Assembly: GCA_029067205.1 (NCBI GenBank)
Contig: JAIEEY010000076.1
Span: 25 to 64,024 of the forward strand
DNA: 64,000 nucleotides
DNA from: Lachnospiraceae bacterium
GTDB lineage: Bacteria > Bacillota > Clostridia > Lachnospirales > Lachnospiraceae
Reading direction: 5' to 3'
Positions 8,091 to 16,356 of this stretch are shown here, in pieces. The notes beneath the pieces were generated by a model, which was not told where the DNA came from, ran no database searches, and saw nothing but the letters and a program-made list of their open reading frames with translations. The position numbers were made by a program, and so were the translations under genes. Numbering within the stretch: the first letter of the stretch is position 1; every line of letters begins with the position of its first letter.

Positions 8091-9023
8091 ATGTGCAACG
8101 ATGACAAATGGAAAGGCGGATTATATGGGCTGCTGATCGGCGATGCGCTTGGGGTTCCATATGAATTTCATTCGGCAGAGGAGATTCCACCATATGATAA
8201 TATCGAGATGAAACCACCAATTGGATTTCGCAGGGCGCATTCGGGTGTGGAGCCGGGAACATGGTCGGACGATGGTGCACAGGCGCTTTGCCTGTTGGAC
8301 AGCCTTGTGACTTGCGGTGCGTTTGAGCTAAAGGATTTTTCAGACAAGCTTTTAGCGTGGTATCAGAATGGTGTGTGGGCAGTAGACGGTGTCGTATTTG
8401 ACATTGGCATACAGACAGGTGAAGCATTGAATGCATACAGGGCAGGAAGAGAACCAGAAGAATGTGGCACGCTGCGCCCGAATGGCAAAGGTAATGGGGC
8501 TTTGATGAGAGTGCTGCCACTTGCCCTTTGGCACAAGGGAACAGACCGGGAACTGGTATTGGATGCGCACGGGCAATGCCTGATCACGCATGGGAATGTG
8601 TGCAATCAGGTATGTTGTGCGCTGTATTGTCTTGTTGCACGCTTTCTGCTTGCAGGGACAGATTTTATATCTGCACTGGAAAAGGCAGTAGTGGTTTTGA
8701 GAGAAATTTATCAGGAAATGCCCACGTATGAGCAGGAACTGGAATGGAGCATACGCCCAGACGAATCGTGGATTGGAAACGGTTCTGGCTATGTGGTGGA
8801 TTGTCTGCGCAGTGCGTTTATGATCATGGGGTGTGCCACAAGTTATGAGGACGCTGTGAAACAGGCAGTTATGCTGGGTGATGACACGGATACGACAGCG
8901 TGTGTCACAGGCGGTCTTGCAGGGATTTTCTACGGGTTTGGCAATATTCCATGCCGCTGGTACGAAGCATTGAGGGGAAAAACAGATGTGGAGGCGTTAA
9001 TACAGCGCATTAGCAATACATAA
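8091..9023 (+). CDS. ADP-ribosylglycohydrolase (ARH/DraG family, Tri1-like)
   Basis: GDALG, WSDD, GNGALMR, ITH, GDDTDT catalytic and metal-binding motifs intact. Confidence 0.92.
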   Translation: MCNDDKWKGGLYGLLIGDALGVPYEFHSAEEIPPYDNIEMKPPIGFRRAHSGVEPGTWSDDGAQALCLLDSLVTCGAFELKDFSDKLLAWYQNGVWAVDGVVFDIGIQTGEALNAYRAGREPEECGTLRPNGKGNGALMRVLPLALWHKGTDRELVLDAHGQCLITHGNVCNQVCCALYCLVARFLLAGTDFISALEKAVVVLREIYQEMPTYEQELEWSIRPDESWIGNGSGYVVDCLRSAFMIMGCATSYEDAVKQAVMLGDDTDTTACVTGGLAGIFYGFGNIPCRWYEALRGKTDVEALIQRISNT

Positions 9024-9122
9024 GCCGCGAAAGATGATTAAAGTAGGAGCACAAGGAAGAAGAAAGAGTATGATATAGATATCGTTCATCTGAAATATCC
9101 GAGGGATGAGGGAGGCAGAAGG

Positions 9123-9878
9123 GTGATTGATTACAGTGTTCAGAACAAAAAGGCATGGGAGTACAATGCTTATGACTTTTGGGTGAACCAATCCGGAAGT
9201 CCAATGGAAAGGGCGAAAAAGGACAGGGAAAATCCGGTGGGAATGTTAAAGCGGTATGCGGACTATTTTGATGCCTTTGAGGGAATCAGGGTAGCGAATA
9301 TATGTGGTTCTTGTGGGAAAAAGGCAGTTCCGCTGGCGATTCTGGGAGCGGAGGTGGTAATCTTTGATATTTCACGGGACAATCAGAGATATGCACTTGA
9401 AACCGCCCAGGCCGCCGGTGTTGACATTACTTTTGAAGTGTGTGATGTGCTCGAAATCGATATGAACCGGTATAAAGGCTTTTTTGATGTGGTATTTATG
9501 GAGGGCGGTGTACTGCACTATTTTCATGACATTGACGCGTTTATGGATATCATGTATTCCCTGTTAAAAGTGAATGGAAAGATGATATGCAGTGATTTTC
9601 ACCCGTTTACAAAAATATCAGATATACTGTCTTTGGAACAGCCCTCCATGAGTTATTTTTCAACGGATATTACAGAGGGTGAGATGGCGCATGCACGCTT
9701 TTTTGAAGAGTCAATCCGTAATGCAATGCCTAAGTGCAGCTACAGGAAATATACGATCAGTGAAATCATTAACGCTGTCATTAGAAGTGGATTTATATTA
9801 AAAAGTTTTGATGAACACCCAGCATGGACAAACACTAATCTGCCGGGAGAGTTTACGCTTGTGGCGATGAAGGATTGA
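9123..9878 (+). CDS. Class I SAM-dependent methyltransferase
   Basis: ICGSCG motif I variant, FDIS, FDVVF, DFHPF. Confidence 0.85.
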   Translation: MIDYSVQNKKAWEYNAYDFWVNQSGSPMERAKKDRENPVGMLKRYADYFDAFEGIRVANICGSCGKKAVPLAILGAEVVIFDISRDNQRYALETAQAAGVDITFEVCDVLEIDMNRYKGFFDVVFMEGGVLHYFHDIDAFMDIMYSLLKVNGKMICSDFHPFTKISDILSLEQPSMSYFSTDITEGEMAHARFFEESIRNAMPKCSYRKYTISEIINAVIRSGFILKSFDEHPAWTNTNLPGEFTLVAMKD

Positions 9879-9906
9879 AAAAATTTTAAAAAAAAATCAG
9901 AAAAAA

Positions 9907-9935
9907 TGAAAGGATTGCCATCTTTCGCGCGTATT
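9907..9935 (+). promoter_or_regulatory. Putative ECF-sigma promoter upstream of the His/Cys-rich peptide
   Basis: TGAAAG-N17-CGTATT preceded by A-tracts; resembles the SigW-type TGAAAC/CGTA consensus. Confidence 0.45.
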
Positions 9936-10026
9936 ATTTATGAAACAGGAAATCAATTCGGGTGTATGTGTAAAGTTATTGGAGAAGAAGCTCTGCACAT
10001 GCACTCCCAAAATGGAGGGAATCAAT

Positions 10027-10287
10027 ATGCGAAAAGGTATAACAAAAGCAGCAGCAGTAATGGCTTTGACAGCAATCGTGGCAGGAAGCTCGTCGAATGT
10101 GGCGTTTGCACATCACGGAGGGAGTCACAGGGTAGTGGTGCAGAACCCTGCGCCTGTCTGCTATGAGGACGGCAGCTGTGATGTGGACGGTGTGTGTTCG
10201 CTTGGTGCAGACTGCGACGGGACAGTGCATCACACAGAGACTTATTGCTACAGCGGGACAGGACACCACGGAGGTCATCATCACTAA
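10027..10287 (+). CDS. Small secreted His/Cys-rich protein (86 aa)
   Basis: SD GGAGGG; signal peptide ending AFA; mature HHGGSH...5 Cys...HHGGHHH. Confidence 0.8.
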   Translation: MRKGITKAAAVMALTAIVAGSSSNVAFAHHGGSHRVVVQNPAPVCYEDGSCDVDGVCSLGADCDGTVHHTETYCYSGTGHHGGHHH

Positions 10288-10309
10288 CCGTTTATGCAAA
10301 GCAGTTTCT

Positions 10310-10352
10310 AAGGGCTGTCGGGGAAGGCTTCTGTTTTCCGACAGCCCTTTTT
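10310..10352 (+). terminator. Intrinsic terminator between the peptide and sigma genes
   Basis: aagggctgtcgg...ccgacagcccttttt. Confidence 0.8.
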
Positions 10353-10399
10353 GAATGAGAGACAGATTGGCGGCGGCACGCAGATAAGGGGGGAAACTT

Positions 10400-10879
10400 T
10401 TGAAGAGCACAGAAGATGTGAACCGTGTCATGGATGCTTATGCAGATATGGTACGGAGGATCTGTTTCGTACATCTGAAGGACCGGCACGACACAGAGGA
10501 TGTATTTCAGAATGTATATATGAAATATTTACTATATGAAGGTTCTTTTGAGAGCAGCGAGCATGAGAAAGCATGGTTTGCACGTGTGACGATCAACGCC
10601 TGCACTGACTGGATGCGTGCCTTGTCACGCAGGAATTGGGTTTCCCTCGATGCGCTGTCGGAGGAGCGTGCGGTGTTGGATGATTCGTCGAATGAGGTTT
10701 TAGAGGTTGTCATGAAGCTTCCTGAAAAATACCGGGATGTAATCTATCTCTTTTATTATGAGGAGTATACGGCAGTGGAGATCGCAAAGATTCTTGGAAA
10801 AAAAGAAAATACAATCTATACATGGCTTTCCAGGGCAAAAGACATCCTGCGGGAAAAGTTGGGAGGTGAATGGTCATGA
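10400..10879 (+). CDS. ECF RNA polymerase sigma factor
   Basis: EDVFQNVY, KAWFARVTIN region 2; LPEKYR..IYLFYY..EIAKILG..TIYTWLSRA region 4. Confidence 0.93.
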   Translation: MKSTEDVNRVMDAYADMVRRICFVHLKDRHDTEDVFQNVYMKYLLYEGSFESSEHEKAWFARVTINACTDWMRALSRRNWVSLDALSEERAVLDDSSNEVLEVVMKLPEKYRDVIYLFYYEEYTAVEIAKILGKKENTIYTWLSRAKDILREKLGGEWS

Positions 10880-11631
10880 GTAGTGTGCAGAACAGGATTC
10901 AGAAGAGTATGAAGAACATACGGGCGACAGAGGAGATGAAACAAAATACACTGCGGTATCTGGAGATGCGGCAAACAAAGCAGATCAGCATTTTTCAGCG
11001 GAAACCATACACAGCACTGCGGTACGTCATGGCTGTCATCTGCGTTTTTTTGCTTGCCGGGACGGGCGGATATGCTGTGTATAGCAGACCGGTTTCCTAC
11101 ATCAGCATTGATGTGAATCCTTCTATAGAGCTTGCAGTCAATCGTTTTGACAGAGTTGTGTCTGCAATAGGTTACAACGAGGACGGACAGGATATCTTAG
11201 AGCATGTTTCCCTGAAAAATATTTCTTATCAGCAGGCGATTGAACGTTTGCTGCAGGACGCCTATTACAGCCGTTATCTGAACCAGGACTCCCAGCTGGT
11301 AGTGACAGTGGTTTCCGAGCATTCGGACGCTATGCTGGAACAGATCAACGCAAATGACAGCTTTCAGGCATTAGGTGCACTGACATACAGCAGTGATACG
11401 GCCTGCATGGATGAGGCGCACCAGCATGAGATGTCCTTTGGGAAATACAGGGCTTTTCTGGAATTATCGCAGTATGACGCCAATATCACTGTGGAGGACT
11501 GTCACAGTATGACAATGGGGGAGATTCAAAACAGGATCAGGAGCTGTCAGGGGCATAGTGGTTCCGATACAACAGAAAGCAATTCATCGCAGCATACAGA
11601 GGAACATTCCGGTTCGCACGGGCATCACTGA
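10876..11631 (+). CDS. RsgI-like anti-sigma factor with His-rich C-terminus
   Basis: One TM helix, then YISIDVNPSIEL..NRFDRV....N.DG (RsgI conserved domain), MSFGKY, tail QHTEEHSGSHGHH. Confidence 0.85.
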   Translation: MSSVQNRIQKSMKNIRATEEMKQNTLRYLEMRQTKQISIFQRKPYTALRYVMAVICVFLLAGTGGYAVYSRPVSYISIDVNPSIELAVNRFDRVVSAIGYNEDGQDILEHVSLKNISYQQAIERLLQDAYYSRYLNQDSQLVVTVVSEHSDAMLEQINANDSFQALGALTYSSDTACMDEAHQHEMSFGKYRAFLELSQYDANITVEDCHSMTMGEIQNRIRSCQGHSGSDTTESNSSQHTEEHSGSHGHH

Positions 11632-11751
11632 AAAGAGAGCGAAATGTATTTCTGAATGATAAATAAGATTCTCTATTTGCATTTTTGCAACAGTGTTGTT
11701 ACAATAGATATGATAGAAATATATTCTGTTATGTAAAGGAGAATCATAGTA

Positions 11752-13305
11752 ATGGAAAGAGGAGCAGGAATTTTATTGCCGATTACCAGTCTGCCATCGA
11801 AATATGGAATTGGGTGTTTTTCCAAGAGTGCATATGAATTCGTGGACTGGCTCAAAGAGGCAGGACAGAGCTATTGGCAGATATTGCCGTTGGGACCTAC
11901 CAGTTATGGGGATTCACCGTATCAGTCTTTTTCTACCTATGCAGGCAATCCTTATTTTATCAGCCTGGAAGCGCTGATTGAGGAGGGCGTGCTGACAGAG
12001 GAAGAGTGTGACGAGGCAGATTTTGGGGAAAAGCCAGGAACCATTGACTACGGAAAGATGTATGAGAGCCGTTACCCATTGCTGCGCAAGGCATATGAGC
12101 GAAGTGATGTCAGCCATAATCCAGAGTATCTCAGATTTGTGGAGGAGAATCGGTGGTGGCTGTCGGACTATGCATTGTTTATGGCGGTGAAGGATCGGTT
12201 TGGCGGTGTTCCATGGACGGAGTGGGCGGAGGATATTCGCTTTCGATGGGGAAATGCCCTGGACTATTACAGAAGAGAACTGTATTTTGATATTGAGTTC
12301 CAGCAGTATTTGCAGTATATGTTCCAAAAGCAGTGGAGAGAGTTAAAGCACTACGCCAATGAAAACGGGATTCGGCTGATTGGTGATATCCCGATCTATG
12401 TGTCAATGGACAGTGCGGACGTCTGGGCGCATCCTGAACTGTTTCAGCTTGATGGGGAGAATATGCCTGTAGCAGTAGCAGGCTGTCCGCCAGATGGTTT
12501 TTCTGCTGACGGGCAGTTGTGGGGAAATCCGCTGTACCGCTGGGATTACCACAGACAGACAGGGTATCAGTGGTGGATATCAAGGCTGGAATACAGTTTT
12601 CGTCTGTGTGACGTATTGCGGATTGACCATTTCCGGGGATTCGATGAATATTATTCCATTCCTTACGGGGAGGAGACTGCAGTGAACGGTCACTGGGAAA
12701 AAGGACCGGGGATCGATCTGTTCCGTCATATGGAGCGTGCCCTCGGCTGGAAGGAAGTCATCGCGGAGGATCTGGGCTTTGTGACGGATTCGGTGCGCAG
12801 GCTGGTACAGGAGAGTGGTTTCCCGGGAATGAAGGTAGTGGAATTCGCATTTGATACCCGCGACTCGGGGAGCGCAAATGATTATCTGCCGCATAACTAC
12901 ATAGAGAACTGTGTTGTATACACGGGGACGCATGACAATGAGACGATCGTGGGCTGGATTGATAGTATTCCTAAGGAAGACCTGGAGTCGGTGAGGGACT
13001 ATCTGTGCGATCATTATACACCAAAAAAACAGCTGTATAAATCCCTGATTAGTATGGCGATGCGCAGTCGTGCAAAGTTATGTGTGATTCCGATGCAGGA
13101 TTATCTGGGATATGATAACACCTGTCGTATCAACACACCGTCTACAGTGGGAGAGAACTGGAAGTGGAGATTAAAGGGAGGAGAGCTGACAGACAAGCTA
13201 ACCGACGAAATCCATGAGTTCTGCAAGAGATATGGACGGTTGAATTGGAGTAATGAAAAGAGTACTGTGCCTGATGAGGACGAAGAGGAAGCTGAAGTTG
13301 TGTAA
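11752..13305 (+). CDS. malQ: 4-alpha-glucanotransferase (GH77)
   Basis: WQILPLGP, GDIPIY, GQLWGNP, RIDHFRG, IAEDLG, YTGTHDN. Confidence 0.96.
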   Translation: MERGAGILLPITSLPSKYGIGCFSKSAYEFVDWLKEAGQSYWQILPLGPTSYGDSPYQSFSTYAGNPYFISLEALIEEGVLTEEECDEADFGEKPGTIDYGKMYESRYPLLRKAYERSDVSHNPEYLRFVEENRWWLSDYALFMAVKDRFGGVPWTEWAEDIRFRWGNALDYYRRELYFDIEFQQYLQYMFQKQWRELKHYANENGIRLIGDIPIYVSMDSADVWAHPELFQLDGENMPVAVAGCPPDGFSADGQLWGNPLYRWDYHRQTGYQWWISRLEYSFRLCDVLRIDHFRGFDEYYSIPYGEETAVNGHWEKGPGIDLFRHMERALGWKEVIAEDLGFVTDSVRRLVQESGFPGMKVVEFAFDTRDSGSANDYLPHNYIENCVVYTGTHDNETIVGWIDSIPKEDLESVRDYLCDHYTPKKQLYKSLISMAMRSRAKLCVIPMQDYLGYDNTCRINTPSTVGENWKWRLKGGELTDKLTDEIHEFCKRYGRLNWSNEKSTVPDEDEEEAEVV

Positions 13306-13327
13306 GATGATTTTATAAGTTCTGACG

Positions 13328-13376
13328 AAAAAATCGCTGTGCGCTAACCTGACAAGGTTGTGGCATGGCGATTTTT
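13328..13376 (+). terminator. Intrinsic terminator after malQ
   Basis: aaaaatcgctgtgc...gcatggcgattttt. Confidence 0.65.
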
Positions 13377-13386
13377 AAATTGTTTC

Positions 13387-13546
13387 TTAGGAACTGTTAA
13401 AGAATTAATCTTTACATCTGACTTGTCTAAATCTTCTTATGCCACGTTGTCGTCAATCGGCGTACCCCAGTACGCCTCATTTCTCCGCCTTGCATAAAAA
13501 GATTTATCCTGCGTCATATGCAAAGTTAATTCTTAACAGTTCCTTA
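13387..13546. mobile_element. MITE, 154 bp (13390-13543), TTA target duplication
   Basis: Terminal IRs GGAACTGTTAA(A)GAATTAA... / ...TTAATTCTTAACAGTTCC, internal pairing taaatcttcttatgc/gcataaaaagattta, TTA on both sides, no ORF. Confidence 0.85.
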
Positions 13547-14194
13547 GCGGCTGCTTAACATTGTCACTAGAGAAGAGTGCCGTTTGGTCTTGTTTTTGAT
13601 GTCCTCCTTGGATACTCCATAATAGAGATGTAGATCACGGGATATCATGTTCAGTTTTTTCATTGCTTTCTGATCGCCAGAAGAGGACATTCCTAAAATA
13701 GTGTCCCACACATAATCTACTGCCATTTCGAGATGACCATTTTCGATTGTGATTTCATAGATGTGGAAGTCCAGGGGCATTTCAGAATCAGGGACTTTGG
13801 CAGCCGTCTCGCTGCGGAGCTGGAGCTGGCGGTATAGTTCCTTTGCGGATTCTTCATCAAACACATCTGGACGTGCAATCTCGTCCAAACCGCTCAGTAA
13901 TTCTGGTTTGTACATGAAAATTAGTGATTCTTTTGCACTCGCATATTGGTCGATGTACGTTTTCTGTGTTTTTGGAATTTCGACGGCATGGTATTTCTCA
14001 ATTGCGTAAGCGGCAACTTCTTGTGCCGTGTGCGGGTTTGCATAAATTCTTTTTTCTACCCGTTTGCGTCTGTATTGATATAGGAGCTGCCTGACGCGGT
14101 TTTTGAATGACTTCTTTTCGGTGTTACCGGCGATAAAAACACTTGTCGGTCCGTCAGCGCCGCCAATGATGGTAACTGCTTTTGCCTGCTTCAT
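13544..14194 (-). CDS. Hypothetical protein with N-terminal IIGGADGPT motif
   Basis: 216-aa ORF with SD GAGG; its stop codon coincides with the MITE TTA. Confidence 0.75.
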   Translation of the reverse strand: MKQAKAVTIIGGADGPTSVFIAGNTEKKSFKNRVRQLLYQYRRKRVEKRIYANPHTAQEVAAYAIEKYHAVEIPKTQKTYIDQYASAKESLIFMYKPELLSGLDEIARPDVFDEESAKELYRQLQLRSETAAKVPDSEMPLDFHIYEITIENGHLEMAVDYVWDTILGMSSSGDQKAMKKLNMISRDLHLYYGVSKEDIKNKTKRHSSLVTMLSSR

Positions 14195-14251
14195 ATCATT
14201 TTCCTCTTTTTCTTAAACCGGAAGCCATAAGAATACAAATTATTTATGATA

Positions 14252-14860
14252 TTAATCCATGATTTGTGCTAATTTGTCTACAAGCTTACCATCATTTGTT
14301 TTCCTGACCCATTTCTCAAAATCATCATTTGAAATATCGTGGTCACACATAAAAACAAGATAGTCCTCATCATAGTTTATAATCTCCGGTGTATCCTTTA
14401 TTTCATGAATTGTATCAATTATCATTCTTATAAAGATATTTTTAATTTCTGTTCTAAGCCCATCTTCTTCCAAAGGCTGCCCGCTGATTTCCATTACATT
14501 GACTGGTTCTTCCTCTCCATAGTAATCGCCGGTTCTATAATAGTAATAACTATCTAAAAAGTGTTTTGTCATACCTTTGTACTCATACTTTAACATTGGA
14601 AAATCCCCAATGCTGTTATATTTAAGTCCAAACAATCCGTTTTGACCGTAAGGTTTGTACATATACCCATATTCTTCCCATGACTGTTTTAATTTTTCAA
14701 AATGATCAAGGTTACTATATCTTAGAACGATCTGACCATTATCCAAATCGCAGTCAAATACAATCGCATATACATTTTTATTTTGCTGCGTGGCTGAAAA
14801 ATCATTTAATGTATATATAATTTGTTCTTTAAAGTCATCCTTTAATTCCTCATATTTCAT
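14252..14860 (-). CDS. Acidic hypothetical protein, DUF4303-like, AT-rich
   Basis: SD GAGGAGG; VYAIVFD, LKYNSIGDF, DHDIS...V.K.N pattern; lower GC than neighbours. Confidence 0.65.
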   Translation of the reverse strand: MKYEELKDDFKEQIIYTLNDFSATQQNKNVYAIVFDCDLDNGQIVLRYSNLDHFEKLKQSWEEYGYMYKPYGQNGLFGLKYNSIGDFPMLKYEYKGMTKHFLDSYYYYRTGDYYGEEEPVNVMEISGQPLEEDGLRTEIKNIFIRMIIDTIHEIKDTPEIINYDEDYLVFMCDHDISNDDFEKWVRKTNDGKLVDKLAQIMD

Positions 14861-15098
14861 AACATATCCTCCTCGTGGTTAGGTACTGTTCAAAAAAATT
14901 CAAATTAAACTACTAAAATTATATCACAAATCCTTTCGTAAGCCTACATGATTATGCACAAAATTTAATTTTGGAACCCAGTCCTCCTAACGAGCTCTAT
15001 ATATTGGGAATTTCTTTGTATGCGGAAGAGAAGTTGCCAATTTCCCCGGATACAACTTATTTGAAACGGGATTTCAACCTGACGAAAGCATCTATTGC

Positions 15099-15128
15099 TT
15101 GACATCCGGAAGGAACTTATGATAAGCT
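15099..15128 (+). promoter_or_regulatory. SigmaA promoter of the erm leader
   Basis: TTGACA-18-TAAGCT with TG extension. Confidence 0.6.
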
Positions 15129-15166
15129 AAGTATAGTTTTAATATAATAAGAAAGGTGGCTTACGC

Positions 15167-15214
15167 GTGGGAATTTTTATTCGTTGTGCACGTACCCGTA
15201 TGCAGGGGCGATAA
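15167..15214 (+). CDS. Putative erm leader peptide MGIFIRCARTRMQGR
   Basis: SD GAAAGGTGG at 15151, GTG start; ErmCL-like MGIF start; R-x-R motif. Confidence 0.7.
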   Translation: MGIFIRCARTRMQGR

Positions 15215-15390
15215 GGGAGCAGATGAATAGTCTCAGGAAATGGGATTTTTTTGCGTGCGAATAAAAATTATCATACGCCGACCGGACAAATATGGCAGGA
15301 GCCCTATTTGTGCTGTTTGTTTTATTGTATAGTTTTTGAATAGATTCTTAGCAGGAAAATACCATTTTAGGATATTACCTGCTTTTTTAT
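15172..15390 (+). promoter_or_regulatory. erm attenuator region (alternative stems plus terminator)
   Basis: aatttttattcg (15172) is complementary to cgaataaaaatt (15258); terminator agcagg...cctgctttttt at 15351-15388 before the erm SD. Confidence 0.65.
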
Positions 15391-15437
15391 TGCCTTTTCT
15401 TCAGGACACAGAGTACAGAATAAGAAGGAGGCGCGCT

Positions 15438-16223
15438 ATGCAAAAAAGCAGGAAATATGACAAAACAAAACATTTATCGGATTCACAAAATTTTATAACA
15501 AATAGTAAGTTGATTCACAGAATCATTCGTCTGGCAAAAATCAGTTCAGGTGATACCATTCTTGAAATCGGGACAGGAAAGGGACATTTGACCGAAGTGC
15601 TGTGTGAAAAAGCAGATAGGGTTTATTCTGTTGAGATCGATCGGAAATTGTATGTGAGTGCCAGGGAGAGGCTGGGAAAGTGTTCGAATCTGAAACTGAT
15701 CTACGGGGATTTTTTGAAATACAATCTGCCGGAAAAGGGAGATTATAAAGTTTTCTCGAATATACCTTATTTCATTACCACACAGATAGTAGAGAAACTG
15801 ATACGCGTGTCAAATCCGCCTGGGGAGATCTGGCTGGTCATGGAAAAAGGAGCTGCAAAGCGGTTTATGGGAATGCCGAAGGAGACGGAGAAATCCCTGC
15901 TGCTTAAAGTAAACTGGGATATGGAAATCCGGTATCATTTCCGCAGGGACGATTTTCACCCTATGCCGTCAGTTGATTCTGTTCTGATATATTTTTCCAG
16001 AAAGGAGGTGCCGGATTTGAGCAGGAGCGAATATCGTGAATTTCAGAAGTTTATAGAGCATTCGCTAAAATATGGCATCTGTGGCGGTAGAGGGCTGCTT
16101 ACCAAGAGACAGGTGTCGGTGGCGTTGAAACAGGCAGGATTACCGCATGCACATGAAAACGGAGTCACGCTGTACATTCAGTGGCTGTGTTTATTCCGAT
16201 GCTATCAGCAGATAAAGAAATAA
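15438..16223 (+). CDS. erm: Erm-family 23S rRNA A2058 methyltransferase, Erm(Q)-like
   Basis: SQNFI, EIGTGKGHLT, EIDR, GDFL, VFSNIPYFITT, WLVMEKG.AKRF, FHPMPSVDS; SD AAGGAGG. Confidence 0.88.
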   Translation: MQKSRKYDKTKHLSDSQNFITNSKLIHRIIRLAKISSGDTILEIGTGKGHLTEVLCEKADRVYSVEIDRKLYVSARERLGKCSNLKLIYGDFLKYNLPEKGDYKVFSNIPYFITTQIVEKLIRVSNPPGEIWLVMEKGAAKRFMGMPKETEKSLLLKVNWDMEIRYHFRRDDFHPMPSVDSVLIYFSRKEVPDLSRSEYREFQKFIEHSLKYGICGGRGLLTKRQVSVALKQAGLPHAHENGVTLYIQWLCLFRCYQQIKK

Positions 16224-16263
16224 GGTAAAATACAGACAGGTTATTTGCCTGCCTGTATTCCTG

Positions 16264-16356
16264 TTATGCACACGGGCACCCAAAGGAAGTATGTCAGCTG
16301 GAGCTGACGGGTGCCCGGCGCACGAGTAGGGGAAAGTTTTCATCTACTCGATTAGA
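16264..16356. repeat. Structured dispersed element, copy 1
   Basis: The first 73 nt match 22064-22137 with 9 substitutions and 1 indel; nested hairpins. Confidence 0.9.

Noticed and set aside
13544-14194. True OadB decarboxylase beta subunit
   Set aside because: Too short, hydrophilic, and no alpha, gamma or biotin-carrier genes nearby.
14965-15105. 46-aa minus-strand ORF upstream of the DUF4303-like gene
   Set aside because: No SD and no recognisable homology.
15336-15437. N-terminal extension of Erm given in the ORF track
   Set aside because: It overlaps the attenuator terminator. A strong SD precedes ATG15438.
15438-16223. KsgA/RsmA assignment
   Set aside because: SQNF and FHP.P.VDS motifs plus a leader peptide fit Erm, and the context is not the ksgA locus.
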